A program made the position numbers and the translations under genes. DNA of 64,000 nucleotides from the NCBI GenBank assembly GCA_964357975.1, contig CAYHNG010000005.1:1031-65030 (forward strand), written 5' to 3'. The stretch is from an uncultured Pseudomonadales bacterium. Lineage in GTDB: Bacteria; Patescibacteriota; Microgenomatia; UBA1400; MFAQ01. How positions within the stretch are numbered: position 1 is the stretch's first letter; each line of letters begins with the position of its first letter. The notes beneath the pieces were generated by a model. It saw nothing but the letters and a program-made list of their open reading frames with translations. It was not told the origin of the DNA and ran no database searches. This document shows, piece by piece, positions 31,634 through 39,923 of this stretch.

Positions 31634-32161
31634 GTGAATAAGACACGAGGTTTTACTCTGATAGAGCTGACGGTGGTGGTTGCGTTGATTATGATTCTGT
31701 CGGCGGTGGGATTGGGGGCGTATTCTCAATCGACGATAAAATCAAAAGACACCCAAAGGAAAAACGATATCAATCAAATGGTGAAAGCGGTTGAGGCTTT
31801 TAACAACGATGTGGGGCGCTATCCCCTTTCGGCAGACGGTGAAGACTTTATGCATTGTTACTCGAGGGTTGCCGGCGTGGTTACCAACACCGTTTGTTCG
31901 AATGGAAAGCTAAGTACGGTAATCGATGGGGCGGACTCTTCCTACATTAGAATTCCCACGGACCCTGATCCTGGACAGAGTTATGTCTATGTGTCAAGTG
32001 ACGGTGCCGGTTATGCTTTTTATGCGGCTCTGCAAAACACGAGCGACAGAGATTTGCTGAAAGATGCTCAAGGAAACATAGTCACCTATGCGGGTGTTAG
32101 TTGCGGCGACTCTCCGTGTAATTATAAAGTTATCGAAAGTGGATTGGTAAAAAGTATATGA
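31634..32161 (+). CDS. type IV pilin-like protein (minor pilin 1)
   Basis: GTG start giving MNKTRG|FTLIELTVVVALIMIL class III signal. The ORF-track N-extension lacks an ATG. Confidence 0.65.
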   Translation: MNKTRGFTLIELTVVVALIMILSAVGLGAYSQSTIKSKDTQRKNDINQMVKAVEAFNNDVGRYPLSADGEDFMHCYSRVAGVVTNTVCSNGKLSTVIDGADSSYIRIPTDPDPGQSYVYVSSDGAGYAFYAALQNTSDRDLLKDAQGNIVTYAGVSCGDSPCNYKVIESGLVKSI

Positions 32162-32625
32162 AAAAAAGTGGCGGATTCACATTAATTGAGTTATTGGTGG
32201 CGATGGGGATTATGGCTGTACTAACCGGGATGGCTGTTTTTAATTTCAATCAGTCCAGAGTGAGGGCCCGAGACGTTCAGCGGAAAAATGATTTGAGTCA
32301 GCTCCAGAAGGCTTTGGAGGCATACCGTAACGATAATAATGAATATCCCGGTGCCAACTATCAAGCCAGCCTCATATCCCCTACCGCATATATTAATGTG
32401 TCTTTTTCGGACGTGAGGGCCTCAGAATGGGTAGACTACGAGTATTTACCAGGTGCAAATAACAAAAGTTATTATCTGATGACCTGTCTGGAAAATGCGG
32501 CCGATGCGGCAAAAACAACGAATGAAACTCTCTGTGCTCTGTTTTCGGATCAAGCTAATCCCTGCAGATGCGGCCATACTGTCGATAATCGAACCGGTGT
32601 TATGTATATTATTTCCCAACCATAA
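32158..32625 (+). CDS. type IV pilin-like protein (minor pilin 2)
   Basis: MKKSGG|FTLIELLVAMGIMAVL. ATGA overlap with the upstream gene. Confidence 0.7.
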   Translation: MKKSGGFTLIELLVAMGIMAVLTGMAVFNFNQSRVRARDVQRKNDLSQLQKALEAYRNDNNEYPGANYQASLISPTAYINVSFSDVRASEWVDYEYLPGANNKSYYLMTCLENAADAAKTTNETLCALFSDQANPCRCGHTVDNRTGVMYIISQP

Positions 32626-32627
32626 AA

Positions 32628-33128
32628 ATGATAAAAATAAAACAAATGATGCTGATTGGAGTGAGATCTCTCGGCTTCGCCCCGCCTGCCGGACGGGCAG
32701 GTCGAGACGACGAAGAGAATAAGGGGTTTACACTCTTGGAGTTGTTAATTGTAATTGGAATAATCGGAGTTTTGACCGCTTTAGCTACTGTTGCCTACGC
32801 CACAACACAGGTAGGAGGACGTAATGCCCGGAGAAAACAAGACTTGGTGGCGATCCAAAATGCTTTAGAGCAGTACTATGCGGAAAACAACTTTAACTAT
32901 CCCGATAGTGTCTGTGCCGATGCGGTTACATATCTTAAAAGTTCGTGGCCGATTGACCCTTCGAGTACCGTCAGCACACCCAAAAATTATTCGGCGACAT
33001 GTGCCACAAATTCGTATTGTGTTTGTGGAGAGATGGAAGGCACCGCCACCACTCGGGGTAATTCCGGTTTGGCGTGTGACTGGAGCGCCGCCGATAAGGC
33101 ATATTATTGTGTAGGAAACTTGCAATGA
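32628..33128 (+). CDS. type IV pilin-like protein with long leader (minor pilin 3)
   Basis: Leader of 21-27 aa ending ...PPAGRAGRDDEENKG|FTLLELLIVIGIIGVL. No start codon exists closer to the cleavage site. Confidence 0.6.
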   Translation: MIKIKQMMLIGVRSLGFAPPAGRAGRDDEENKGFTLLELLIVIGIIGVLTALATVAYATTQVGGRNARRKQDLVAIQNALEQYYAENNFNYPDSVCADAVTYLKSSWPIDPSSTVSTPKNYSATCATNSYCVCGEMEGTATTRGNSGLACDWSAADKAYYCVGNLQ

Positions 33129-33547
33129 AAACGCGCAACGACCCGCCGACAGCCTTGCAGTCTAAGCGGGCAGGCGGTGGAGGATTTACCTTTATTGAAT
33201 TGTTGGTGGTGATTACTATTATTGGGGTAATTTTTGCTTCGGCTATTGTGACCTTTACGTCGATCACTACGAGATCGAGAGATACCAGAAGAAAAGCGGA
33301 TTTGGAAGCTGTCCGTCAATCGCTTGAGATGTGTCGATCCCTCACCGGATCTTATCCGGACACTATTTACGATGAAATTTCTTGCAGTGTGACCGGGCCA
33401 ATACTGTTAAAGACCACTCCGCACGACCCCAAGCCGTGTAGCGATTTGGTTGGGGCATATTCGTACGTCAAAGCTAGCAGTACAGAGTACACACTCAGTG
33501 CTCCGTGTATGGAGATTGATACGACTTACCAAGTAACAAACCCGTGA
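33124..33547 (+). CDS. type IV pilin-like protein with long leader (minor pilin 4)
   Basis: ATG in ATGA overlap with the upstream stop. Leader MKTRNDPPTALQSKRAGGGG|FTFIELLVVITIIGVI. Confidence 0.65.
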
Positions 33548-34029
33548 AGCGAACAGTTAAGTTTTTTGGCTTTACTCTAATTGAGTTGATGGTTGTAATG
33601 GCGATGATTTCACTCATGGCTGGTGGGTCAATAGCCGCTTATCTGCGATTTAATACAAACCAAGAATTAGACAATGACGCACGGCAGTTGATGACCGAAT
33701 TTAGTAAGGCCCGATCGTCCGCCGCTACTCTACAGTATCCATCTGGTTGTAGTGGTTTGACTGGAGTGAGAGTAAGAAGTATTGTGATAGGTGATATTCT
33801 GAATGGAATGGAGACCACTACCTTGTGTGATTCGGGAAACGTGGTGGGACAGTCTATTCAAATATTAAAGTCTTCAGTTTTTACCTTGCCATTTGACATC
33901 ACTTTTTTGCCCGGTTCGGGATATTTGTCGACCGGGACGGATCAGTCAGTAACGATAAAGGATATAAAAAATCCGACGGTAACGAAGATAATCACCGTCG
34001 GCACGTACAGCGATATATATGAAAATTAG
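33544..34029 (+). CDS. type IV pilin-like protein (minor pilin 5)
   Basis: MKRTVKFFG|FTLIELMVVMAMISLMAG. Confidence 0.65.
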   Translation: MKRTVKFFGFTLIELMVVMAMISLMAGGSIAAYLRFNTNQELDNDARQLMTEFSKARSSAATLQYPSGCSGLTGVRVRSIVIGDILNGMETTTLCDSGNVVGQSIQILKSSVFTLPFDITFLPGSGYLSTGTDQSVTIKDIKNPTVTKIITVGTYSDIYEN

Positions 34030-34417
34030 GAAATCTATGACATGGTCAGGACAGATGTTAATTGAAATAGTGGTAGCCGTGGGTATTATTTCTTTGGTTT
34101 TGGTGGGGGTGTCAGACTTGATGATTCGGTCTTCCAGGTTGACAACATTTCAGAGACAAAAGGCGGAAGCGTTTACAATCTCTCAAAGATTGTTAAATAA
34201 TTATCGGGTCCAAAGAGACAGTAATCCGCAGGCGTTTTATGATAATGCAGGAGGTAGTGTATTGGATCCATGTGTGTCCGGTAAAACCTATGTTTGTATT
34301 GTATCAATGGAGAAGTCGGCAGAGGCGGTTCTGGTTACCGTAAAAGTCGAGTGGGGTGACGGAGGTCAGACATTTGACGTAAGTTTATCTCAATCTTTAT
34401 CAAAAGAAATAAGATGA
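34019..34417 (+). CDS. pilin-like protein, degenerate N-terminus (minor pilin 6)
   Basis: ...SGQMLIEIVVAVGIISLVLVG keeps Glu+5 and the hydrophobic helix but lacks the canonical G-F. Confidence 0.45.
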   Translation: MKIRKSMTWSGQMLIEIVVAVGIISLVLVGVSDLMIRSSRLTTFQRQKAEAFTISQRLLNNYRVQRDSNPQAFYDNAGGSVLDPCVSGKTYVCIVSMEKSAEAVLVTVKVEWGDGGQTFDVSLSQSLSKEIR

Positions 34418-34944
34418 AAGGCTACACCTTAATTGAAGTGATTATCTCGCTTTTGCTCTTAGCCATTATCTTGCTTGGAGGAACGGCACTTTTTTATCAG
34501 AATCTTAAATCTTCCGGATTGGGTGACGTTGATTTGAATCTGAGCACTTCCTTGAGAACGATACTTTCTTCTTTGGAAAAAGATCTTCGTTTTGGTCAAG
34601 TTGTCAGTGTTGGTCTTGGGAATCGTGCAGACTGTGTGTCGGCCGGGACAGATGGTCGTTCGGGAGACACATTGACAGTTACCGACCTAAACGGCCTGGA
34701 AACTATTTATTCTCTCGAGGACTTTATGATTGCCTCGACTTCATCTCAAACCGGTAATAAAGTATTTATTAGCCCGCCGGATGTCAAAATTAATCGTCTC
34801 AACTTTACCTGGTATTGTCAGGGTAGCGTGAGTGATAAGATGAATGTTGAAATCGATGCTTCGAGCACTGTGCTTGGATCCGGTGTGGCGGTAACCCGGT
34901 CGGTTTCGACTGAAGTGAATTTGTTAAACAGTGGTATTAACTAA
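34414..34944 (+). CDS. type IV pilin-like protein (PilV/PilW-like minor pilin 7)
   Basis: MKG|YTLIEVIISLLLLAIILLGG. Confidence 0.6.
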   Translation: MKGYTLIEVIISLLLLAIILLGGTALFYQNLKSSGLGDVDLNLSTSLRTILSSLEKDLRFGQVVSVGLGNRADCVSAGTDGRSGDTLTVTDLNGLETIYSLEDFMIASTSSQTGNKVFISPPDVKINRLNFTWYCQGSVSDKMNVEIDASSTVLGSGVAVTRSVSTEVNLLNSGIN

Positions 34945-35708
34945 TGACAAAATCAAAATTTAACCATTCGGGGCAAGTCGCCTTAATTATGGTGTTGATA
35001 ATGACCGTGGTCAGTGCGATCGCGGTGTCGGTTGCCAGTAGATCGACTGTGGAGACTAGAGTCCAGCAAATGTACGAGGAAAATACTCAGGCAGTGATGA
35101 CGGCACAGGCTGGTTTGGAGGAGGCTTTGGCAAAGAACGCTCCTGTTTCCGGATCGCTGAGTCAGGGAAAAGATTACACAGTTTCGGTTGGTGAAACGGG
35201 TATTGCGGCGATATTTTCCGAAAAAGTCCAGCCAGGCGATACTTTTGAAGTTAATTTATTGGGAGCTAGTGGAGTAACCGGGGTAAAGGTGTATTGGAGC
35301 CCGTCTGTTTCAGGACAGAAACCTTCTTTATTTATTTCCGATATCAGAAGTGATCGGATTATTGACTATGCTTACGACACTGACGGAACCGGTGGATTTA
35401 CCGGTGTAAGCGCGGGAGGATCTCTATCCGGAACCAATTTTAATTACGTGACTCCTTCTCCCTTAACGATAGTGTCAGGTAACTCCTCTTCTTTAAGAAT
35501 TACGGTTTTGGGAGCGGCGGCACTGTTAGGCATTGAGCCGATTGGTGGTACTTTTCCGGCTCAGTCTACCAGTTACAGATCGGTGGCTGATTTAACCTTA
35601 GGAGGATCGACCGTAAAATATGGTCTGGAGTATACCGAATCTAAGACGAACCTATTACCTTCCGTTTTTAACTATGTATTATTTTCCGGGGGATCGATAG
35701 TGCAGTAA
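34944..35708 (+). CDS. PilX-N-like pilus-associated protein
   Basis: N-terminus ...GQVALIMVLIMTVVSAIAVSVASRST resembles the PilX_N domain. 254 aa. Confidence 0.5.
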   Translation: MTKSKFNHSGQVALIMVLIMTVVSAIAVSVASRSTVETRVQQMYEENTQAVMTAQAGLEEALAKNAPVSGSLSQGKDYTVSVGETGIAAIFSEKVQPGDTFEVNLLGASGVTGVKVYWSPSVSGQKPSLFISDIRSDRIIDYAYDTDGTGGFTGVSAGGSLSGTNFNYVTPSPLTIVSGNSSSLRITVLGAAALLGIEPIGGTFPAQSTSYRSVADLTLGGSTVKYGLEYTESKTNLLPSVFNYVLFSGGSIVQ

Positions 35709-35761
35709 ATGGTAGCTGTGTTTCGCTTCGCGCAAAGACAAGATAATGGTAATATGAATAT

Positions 35762-36766
35762 ATGCCTGCCTATTTTGGTTTGGATATTGGATCAACCAGT
35801 ATCAAGATGATTCAATCCGATGGAAATCGGGTCAAGGTTATTGCTATCGGAACCAATCCTTTCGGGAAAACAGTTTCGGTGATGACGAACGTCGAAAAGA
35901 TTTCGATTACTGATCTTTTAAAGAACATGCTTAAAGAATCCGGAATGAGAGCCGGAAAAGTGGTGGCGTCGATATCGGAGTCATCGGTTTTTTCCAGAGT
36001 ACTTAAGTTTCCCGTCATGTCTACTCCCGAGCTTTCTACTGCGATTAAGTGGGAATTGGATCAATCGGTCCCCTTTCCGCCAAACGAAATCGAAACTTCC
36101 TGGTCCGTATTAGAAAGGCCGGAAAAGTTTGAGGGTAATGAAAAAATTTCCGTTTATGTAGTCGCGGTTCCCACCAAAATTTCGGAAACGTACGTGCAGA
36201 TGTTGGAACTGGTTGGGCTGGAACCAATTCGCTTGGAAAATGAGATACCGGCTTTGAATAGGACCTTCGCACCAACACTCACCGACGAGAACCCTGCAGC
36301 TATTTTGGATTTGGGGGCAAGTGGATCCAATATCATTATCTGTGGAAAAAATAAGATATTCAGTAGTTTTTATGTGCCTGTAGGGGGTTCTGCTCTGACT
36401 AAATTGATAGCCGAAGCCTTTAACTTGCCGGTTGACCAGGCAGAGAGTTACAAGCGAACTTATGGTTTGGCAAAAGAGCAACTTGAAGGAAAAATGGTCA
36501 CCGCTCTGAAACCCGTGATCGATAACTTGATTGGAGAATTGAGAAAACTGTTAATTGCTTACAAGGATGAAAATCAGAACAGTGCGGTAAACAAGCTTAT
36601 TTTAACGGGTGGTGGATCGTACCTCATTGGTCTGATTCCTTATTTAACAGAGGCTTTAGGTGGAATAGAGGTGGTTATGGGAGACACCTTCGCGAACATG
36701 GCTGTAGATACAAAATACAAAACTCTTGGTCCGGTGTTTGCGATCGCAAACGGATTATCTCAATAG
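35762..36766 (+). CDS. pilM: type IV pilus assembly protein PilM (actin-like ATPase fold)
   Basis: FGLDIGSTSIKMIQ N-terminal phosphate-1 motif. 334 aa. Followed by pilN/pilO. Confidence 0.85.
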   Translation: MPAYFGLDIGSTSIKMIQSDGNRVKVIAIGTNPFGKTVSVMTNVEKISITDLLKNMLKESGMRAGKVVASISESSVFSRVLKFPVMSTPELSTAIKWELDQSVPFPPNEIETSWSVLERPEKFEGNEKISVYVVAVPTKISETYVQMLELVGLEPIRLENEIPALNRTFAPTLTDENPAAILDLGASGSNIIICGKNKIFSSFYVPVGGSALTKLIAEAFNLPVDQAESYKRTYGLAKEQLEGKMVTALKPVIDNLIGELRKLLIAYKDENQNSAVNKLILTGGGSYLIGLIPYLTEALGGIEVVMGDTFANMAVDTKYKTLGPVFAIANGLSQ

Positions 36767-36768
36767 AC

Positions 36769-37326
36769 ATGGTCAAGATAAATTTATTAGGTAAAAAGAG
36801 ACGAGAATCCAGCGCTAAGAATTGGATTTATCTTGGTATTTTGACTCCCTTTGTAGTTTTTGTTTTGTATTTCTTGTCTGTTTCGATCTTTGTGGTGGTG
36901 AAGCTGTCTTGGATAAAGGCCCAACAAGGTGTGGTTGACCGAGAAACAGAAACTGTTTCCCGAGAGATGGCGGCGAATAACGAGCTGTTAAAAAAATTTA
37001 TATTGGCGAAATTCATCTTGGGGAAAATCGAATCGTTAAATGCGGGGAAGTTTCCGTACAAAAGTTACCTGGATCAGTTATTAAGTTTTCTGCCGGAGGG
37101 TGTGGTGCTGAAAAACGTGGACTTTTCCAGTAAGGGCTGGATTTCTGTAGCCATTTCAATTGAAGGAATGAGACCCCTGCGAGCACTGGAACAAAATCTT
37201 TCCGGTACGGAAAAGCTCTCTTCCAGTGCCTTTCGCTCGGTATTTGTCGAAAGTGTTTCCAGGGATAAAATTGGTGTTTATAACGCAAAATTACAATTTG
37301 AAATAATGAGAAATGGCGGAAAGTAA
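36769..37326 (+). CDS. pilN: type IV pilus assembly protein PilN
   Basis: Begins MVKINLL(G)KK, then a single TM, then a periplasmic domain. 185 aa. Confidence 0.65.
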   Translation: MVKINLLGKKRRESSAKNWIYLGILTPFVVFVLYFLSVSIFVVVKLSWIKAQQGVVDRETETVSREMAANNELLKKFILAKFILGKIESLNAGKFPYKSYLDQLLSFLPEGVVLKNVDFSSKGWISVAISIEGMRPLRALEQNLSGTEKLSSSAFRSVFVESVSRDKIGVYNAKLQFEIMRNGGK

Positions 37327-38113
37327 GCTACTGGGATATAAAAAGGTTTTTGGTTTGGTACTGCCCGATTGGGTGAGTGAAAAGACGGTAAAAAACACAG
37401 TCTATGGCCTGTTGGTCATGGCAGCAATGCTACTGGTTTTGATATTTGTTGTTTGGCCGAAGTTGGCTCTTGTGGAGTCCAGGCAGGCTGGTTTGAATTC
37501 CAGTAAGACTGCTTTGGAAGCTCTGAAAAAGTCCAAAACGAGTATCGATAGATTAACGGCCGATTTATCCGAAACGGATCAGGCTAGGATATTGTCAGCC
37601 ATACCTCAAGAGTACTCTCCCGAAGGCGCTATTTATGATTTGCGGAAAATCAGTGCCGATACCGGTGTGTCCATTCTCTCTTACACTCTTCCATCGGGCG
37701 TTCTACTGGATACTGCCGGGTCTGTAGGCAAAACTAACGAAGGAGAGATGGTCGGCTTTGTAGCCTTTCCTGTTCGCATTACCGTGTCGGCTCAGGTGGA
37801 ATCTTTGTTGAGGTTTATCTCTATGGTAGAGTCATCGCTTCCTTTTGGAACCGTATCCGATTTAAATATCCAGGAAGTGACCAAGTTATCTCGAGCCACT
37901 TCCGACAAAACAGTGCAAATGGTTCTTGAGGTAAGGTTTTTTCAATCTGTTCTAAAGAAGGTGAATATCAGTAAGCTGCAGGCATTTACCGAGGATGACC
38001 TTAAGTTGGTTGCCGAACTCAGAAGCTATAATTTGTTGACGGTACCTGAGATTCAGCCTGGTCAGCAAATAGCAGCTCCGGTAGTGGGGTCGGGGAAGAT
38101 CTTTGGGTTTTGA
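37313..38113 (+). CDS. pilO: type IV pilus assembly protein PilO-like
   Basis: Single N-terminal TM, coiled coil, about 150-aa C-domain. Follows pilN with a 14-nt overlap. Confidence 0.55.
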   Translation: MAESKLLGYKKVFGLVLPDWVSEKTVKNTVYGLLVMAAMLLVLIFVVWPKLALVESRQAGLNSSKTALEALKKSKTSIDRLTADLSETDQARILSAIPQEYSPEGAIYDLRKISADTGVSILSYTLPSGVLLDTAGSVGKTNEGEMVGFVAFPVRITVSAQVESLLRFISMVESSLPFGTVSDLNIQEVTKLSRATSDKTVQMVLEVRFFQSVLKKVNISKLQAFTEDDLKLVAELRSYNLLTVPEIQPGQQIAAPVVGSGKIFGF

Positions 38114-38122
38114 TTTGACGAA

Positions 38123-38431
38123 TTATTCTTCTGTTTCGGTGGTAGCAGCCGGGATTTCTGAAAGGGATTCTTGGTTAACAGCAACTTTGGTTTCGTCTTC
38201 GAGAAGGTCCACGATGGCTCTGGTTCCCTTTTGGATGGCAGCAATTCTGACTAGTTGACGAATGGCTTTGATAACCTTGCCCTGTTTACCTATGACACGG
38301 CCGACATCCTCCGAATCGACTTTGATGAGGTACTTGGTGGTGTCTTTGTCCGTGGTGGCTTCCTCTGTGACGGAAACGTTTTCCGGGTGATTGACGATAT
38401 TGCTAACGATGTACTCAATGAGTTGTTTCAT
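38123..38431 (-). CDS. khpA: KH-domain RNA-binding protein KhpA (YlqC family)
   Basis: GRVIGKQGKVIKAIRQL KH motif (GXXG). 102 aa. Downstream of rpsP as in many genomes. Confidence 0.75.
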   Translation of the reverse strand: MKQLIEYIVSNIVNHPENVSVTEEATTDKDTTKYLIKVDSEDVGRVIGKQGKVIKAIRQLVRIAAIQKGTRAIVDLLEDETKVAVNQESLSEIPAATTETEE

Positions 38432-38664
38432 GTTAATTTAACCAATTTTCTAATGGTGTCTGTTGGTTGGGCACCCTTGTTGATCCAAGACTGATAGTCG
38501 GTCATGTTGACAGACATCTTGTCTTTATCTTCTTTTTCGTGTGGATTGTAAGTACCAATAGTATCCAGGACAGATCCGGATAATTTAGACTTGCCTTCGA
38601 CCACGACGATACGGTAGGAGCGTTGGTGTTTTTTGCCGGTAGGCTGTAGTTTGATTTTCAGCAT
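38428..38664 (-). CDS. rpsP: 30S ribosomal protein S16
   Basis: MLKIKLQPTGKKHQRSYRIVVVEG...TIGTYNP...GAQPTDT. Confidence 0.9.
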   Translation of the reverse strand: MLKIKLQPTGKKHQRSYRIVVVEGKSKLSGSVLDTIGTYNPHEKEDKDKMSVNMTDYQSWINKGAQPTDTIRKLVKLT

Positions 38665-38671
38665 AGGCGTA

Positions 38672-39370
38672 TTATATCAGCTCCAGGGCCTTTTGAGCAG
38701 CTTTTTGTTCAGCTTCCTGCTTGTTCCTCCCCGTGCCCGTAGCCAGCTCTTTGTTATTAACATAAACGGCAATTTCAAATGTTTTGTCATGGTCGAGGCC
38801 CGTCTCCCGGATGGTTTGGTAGAAAGGAGAGGCCTGACCAAGAGACTGGACTTTTTCTTGAAGAGTGGACTTGGGATCCTTAAGCCGGTCGAGAGCGATG
38901 ATGTCTTTGGCATTGGGGAGAATAAACTTTTCAAAAAAAATCTTGGTCGTGCCCAGTCCCCCATCGATATAGAGGGCGCCGATAAGACTTTCGATGACGT
39001 CTTCAAGAATTGACGAATTTTTCCGCCCACCGGTAGCTTCTTCGCCTTTACTCATGCGGATATAGTCATTAAAATGATTTTTGACGGAAACTTCCGAGAG
39101 AGATTCGGTTCTAACGGTTGCAGATCTGGCGGCCGTCAGATAGCCCTCCATTTTGTTCGGATATTTGTTATACAGATAGATTGAGATAAGCATTTCCAAA
39201 ATGGCGTCCCCTAAAAATTCGAGCCGTTCATAACTTTCGGTGATCCCGGGTTGGTTAAGACAGGAGCGATGGGTAAGGGCGGTTTCCAGGAGAGAAACAT
39301 TTTTGAATCGATACTCAAGGTAATCTTGGAGGTGGTCAAGGTTTTGGTTGGTCATCGGTAGTTTCGTCAC
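38672..39370 (-). CDS. rnc: ribonuclease III
   Basis: RNase III signature ERLEFLGDAILEMLIS. C-terminal dsRBD. 232 aa. Confidence 0.9.
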   Translation of the reverse strand: MTKLPMTNQNLDHLQDYLEYRFKNVSLLETALTHRSCLNQPGITESYERLEFLGDAILEMLISIYLYNKYPNKMEGYLTAARSATVRTESLSEVSVKNHFNDYIRMSKGEEATGGRKNSSILEDVIESLIGALYIDGGLGTTKIFFEKFILPNAKDIIALDRLKDPKSTLQEKVQSLGQASPFYQTIRETGLDHDKTFEIAVYVNNKELATGTGRNKQEAEQKAAQKALELI

Positions 39371-39725
39371 GTCCAGAATATCCTATGGCGGCCGCCAAAG
39401 CACCGTTGACGAAACTGGAACTAGTTTTACCTCCATAACGTTTGGCAATTTCAACAGCTTCGTCAATGATCACTTTGGTTGGAGTTTGATTCTTGAATAA
39501 GAGCTCATAGATGGCTTGGCGAAGCACAGCCAAATCCACGCGATTGATTTGGGAGATGGGCCACTCGGGGGCGCATTTTTGAATGATTTCGTCAATCTGG
39601 GCCAAGTGTGAATTGATTTTGTCTACTCTACTTGGGTGGTCCGGTTGTTCGGTGAAACTACCGGCAAAAAGGGATTTAAAAACAAGGATTCTCTTTAAAT
39701 GGCGTGGGTCTAGGGCAGATTTCAC
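39336..39725 (-). CDS. nusB: transcription antitermination factor NusB
   Basis: VDLAVLRQAIYEL...IDEAVEIAKRYGGKTSSSFVNGAL. Confidence 0.8.
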   Translation of the reverse strand: MKSALDPRHLKRILVFKSLFAGSFTEQPDHPSRVDKINSHLAQIDEIIQKCAPEWPISQINRVDLAVLRQAIYELLFKNQTPTKVIIDEAVEIAKRYGGKTSSSFVNGALAAAIGYSGRDETTDDQPKP

Positions 39726-39734
39726 GGTGTTGGT

Positions 39735-39887
39735 TTATTTTGATTTACAAACTGGACAGAGAAAGTGACCTCTCTTCAGGTTTCCACATTTTTTACAGAC
39801 TATAAGCTTTGGTTCAATAAGATGAATTTGAGATCTTCTCTTGCCTTGTCTGGCGGTGGAAATTTTTCTTTTTGGTGTAGCGGCCAT
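39735..39887 (-). CDS. rpmF: 50S ribosomal protein L32
   Basis: Manual translation gives MAATPKRKISTARQGKRRSQIHLIEPKLIVCKKCGNLKRGHFLCPVCKSK, with the CxxC...CxxC zinc ribbon typical of L32. Not in the ORF track (50 aa). Confidence 0.8.
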   Translation of the reverse strand: MAATPKRKISTARQGKRRSQIHLIEPKLIVCKKCGNLKRGHFLCPVCKSK

Positions 39888-39923
39888 TTTTGTTGGTTCG
39901 GATTTCTAATTTACTTATGTATT

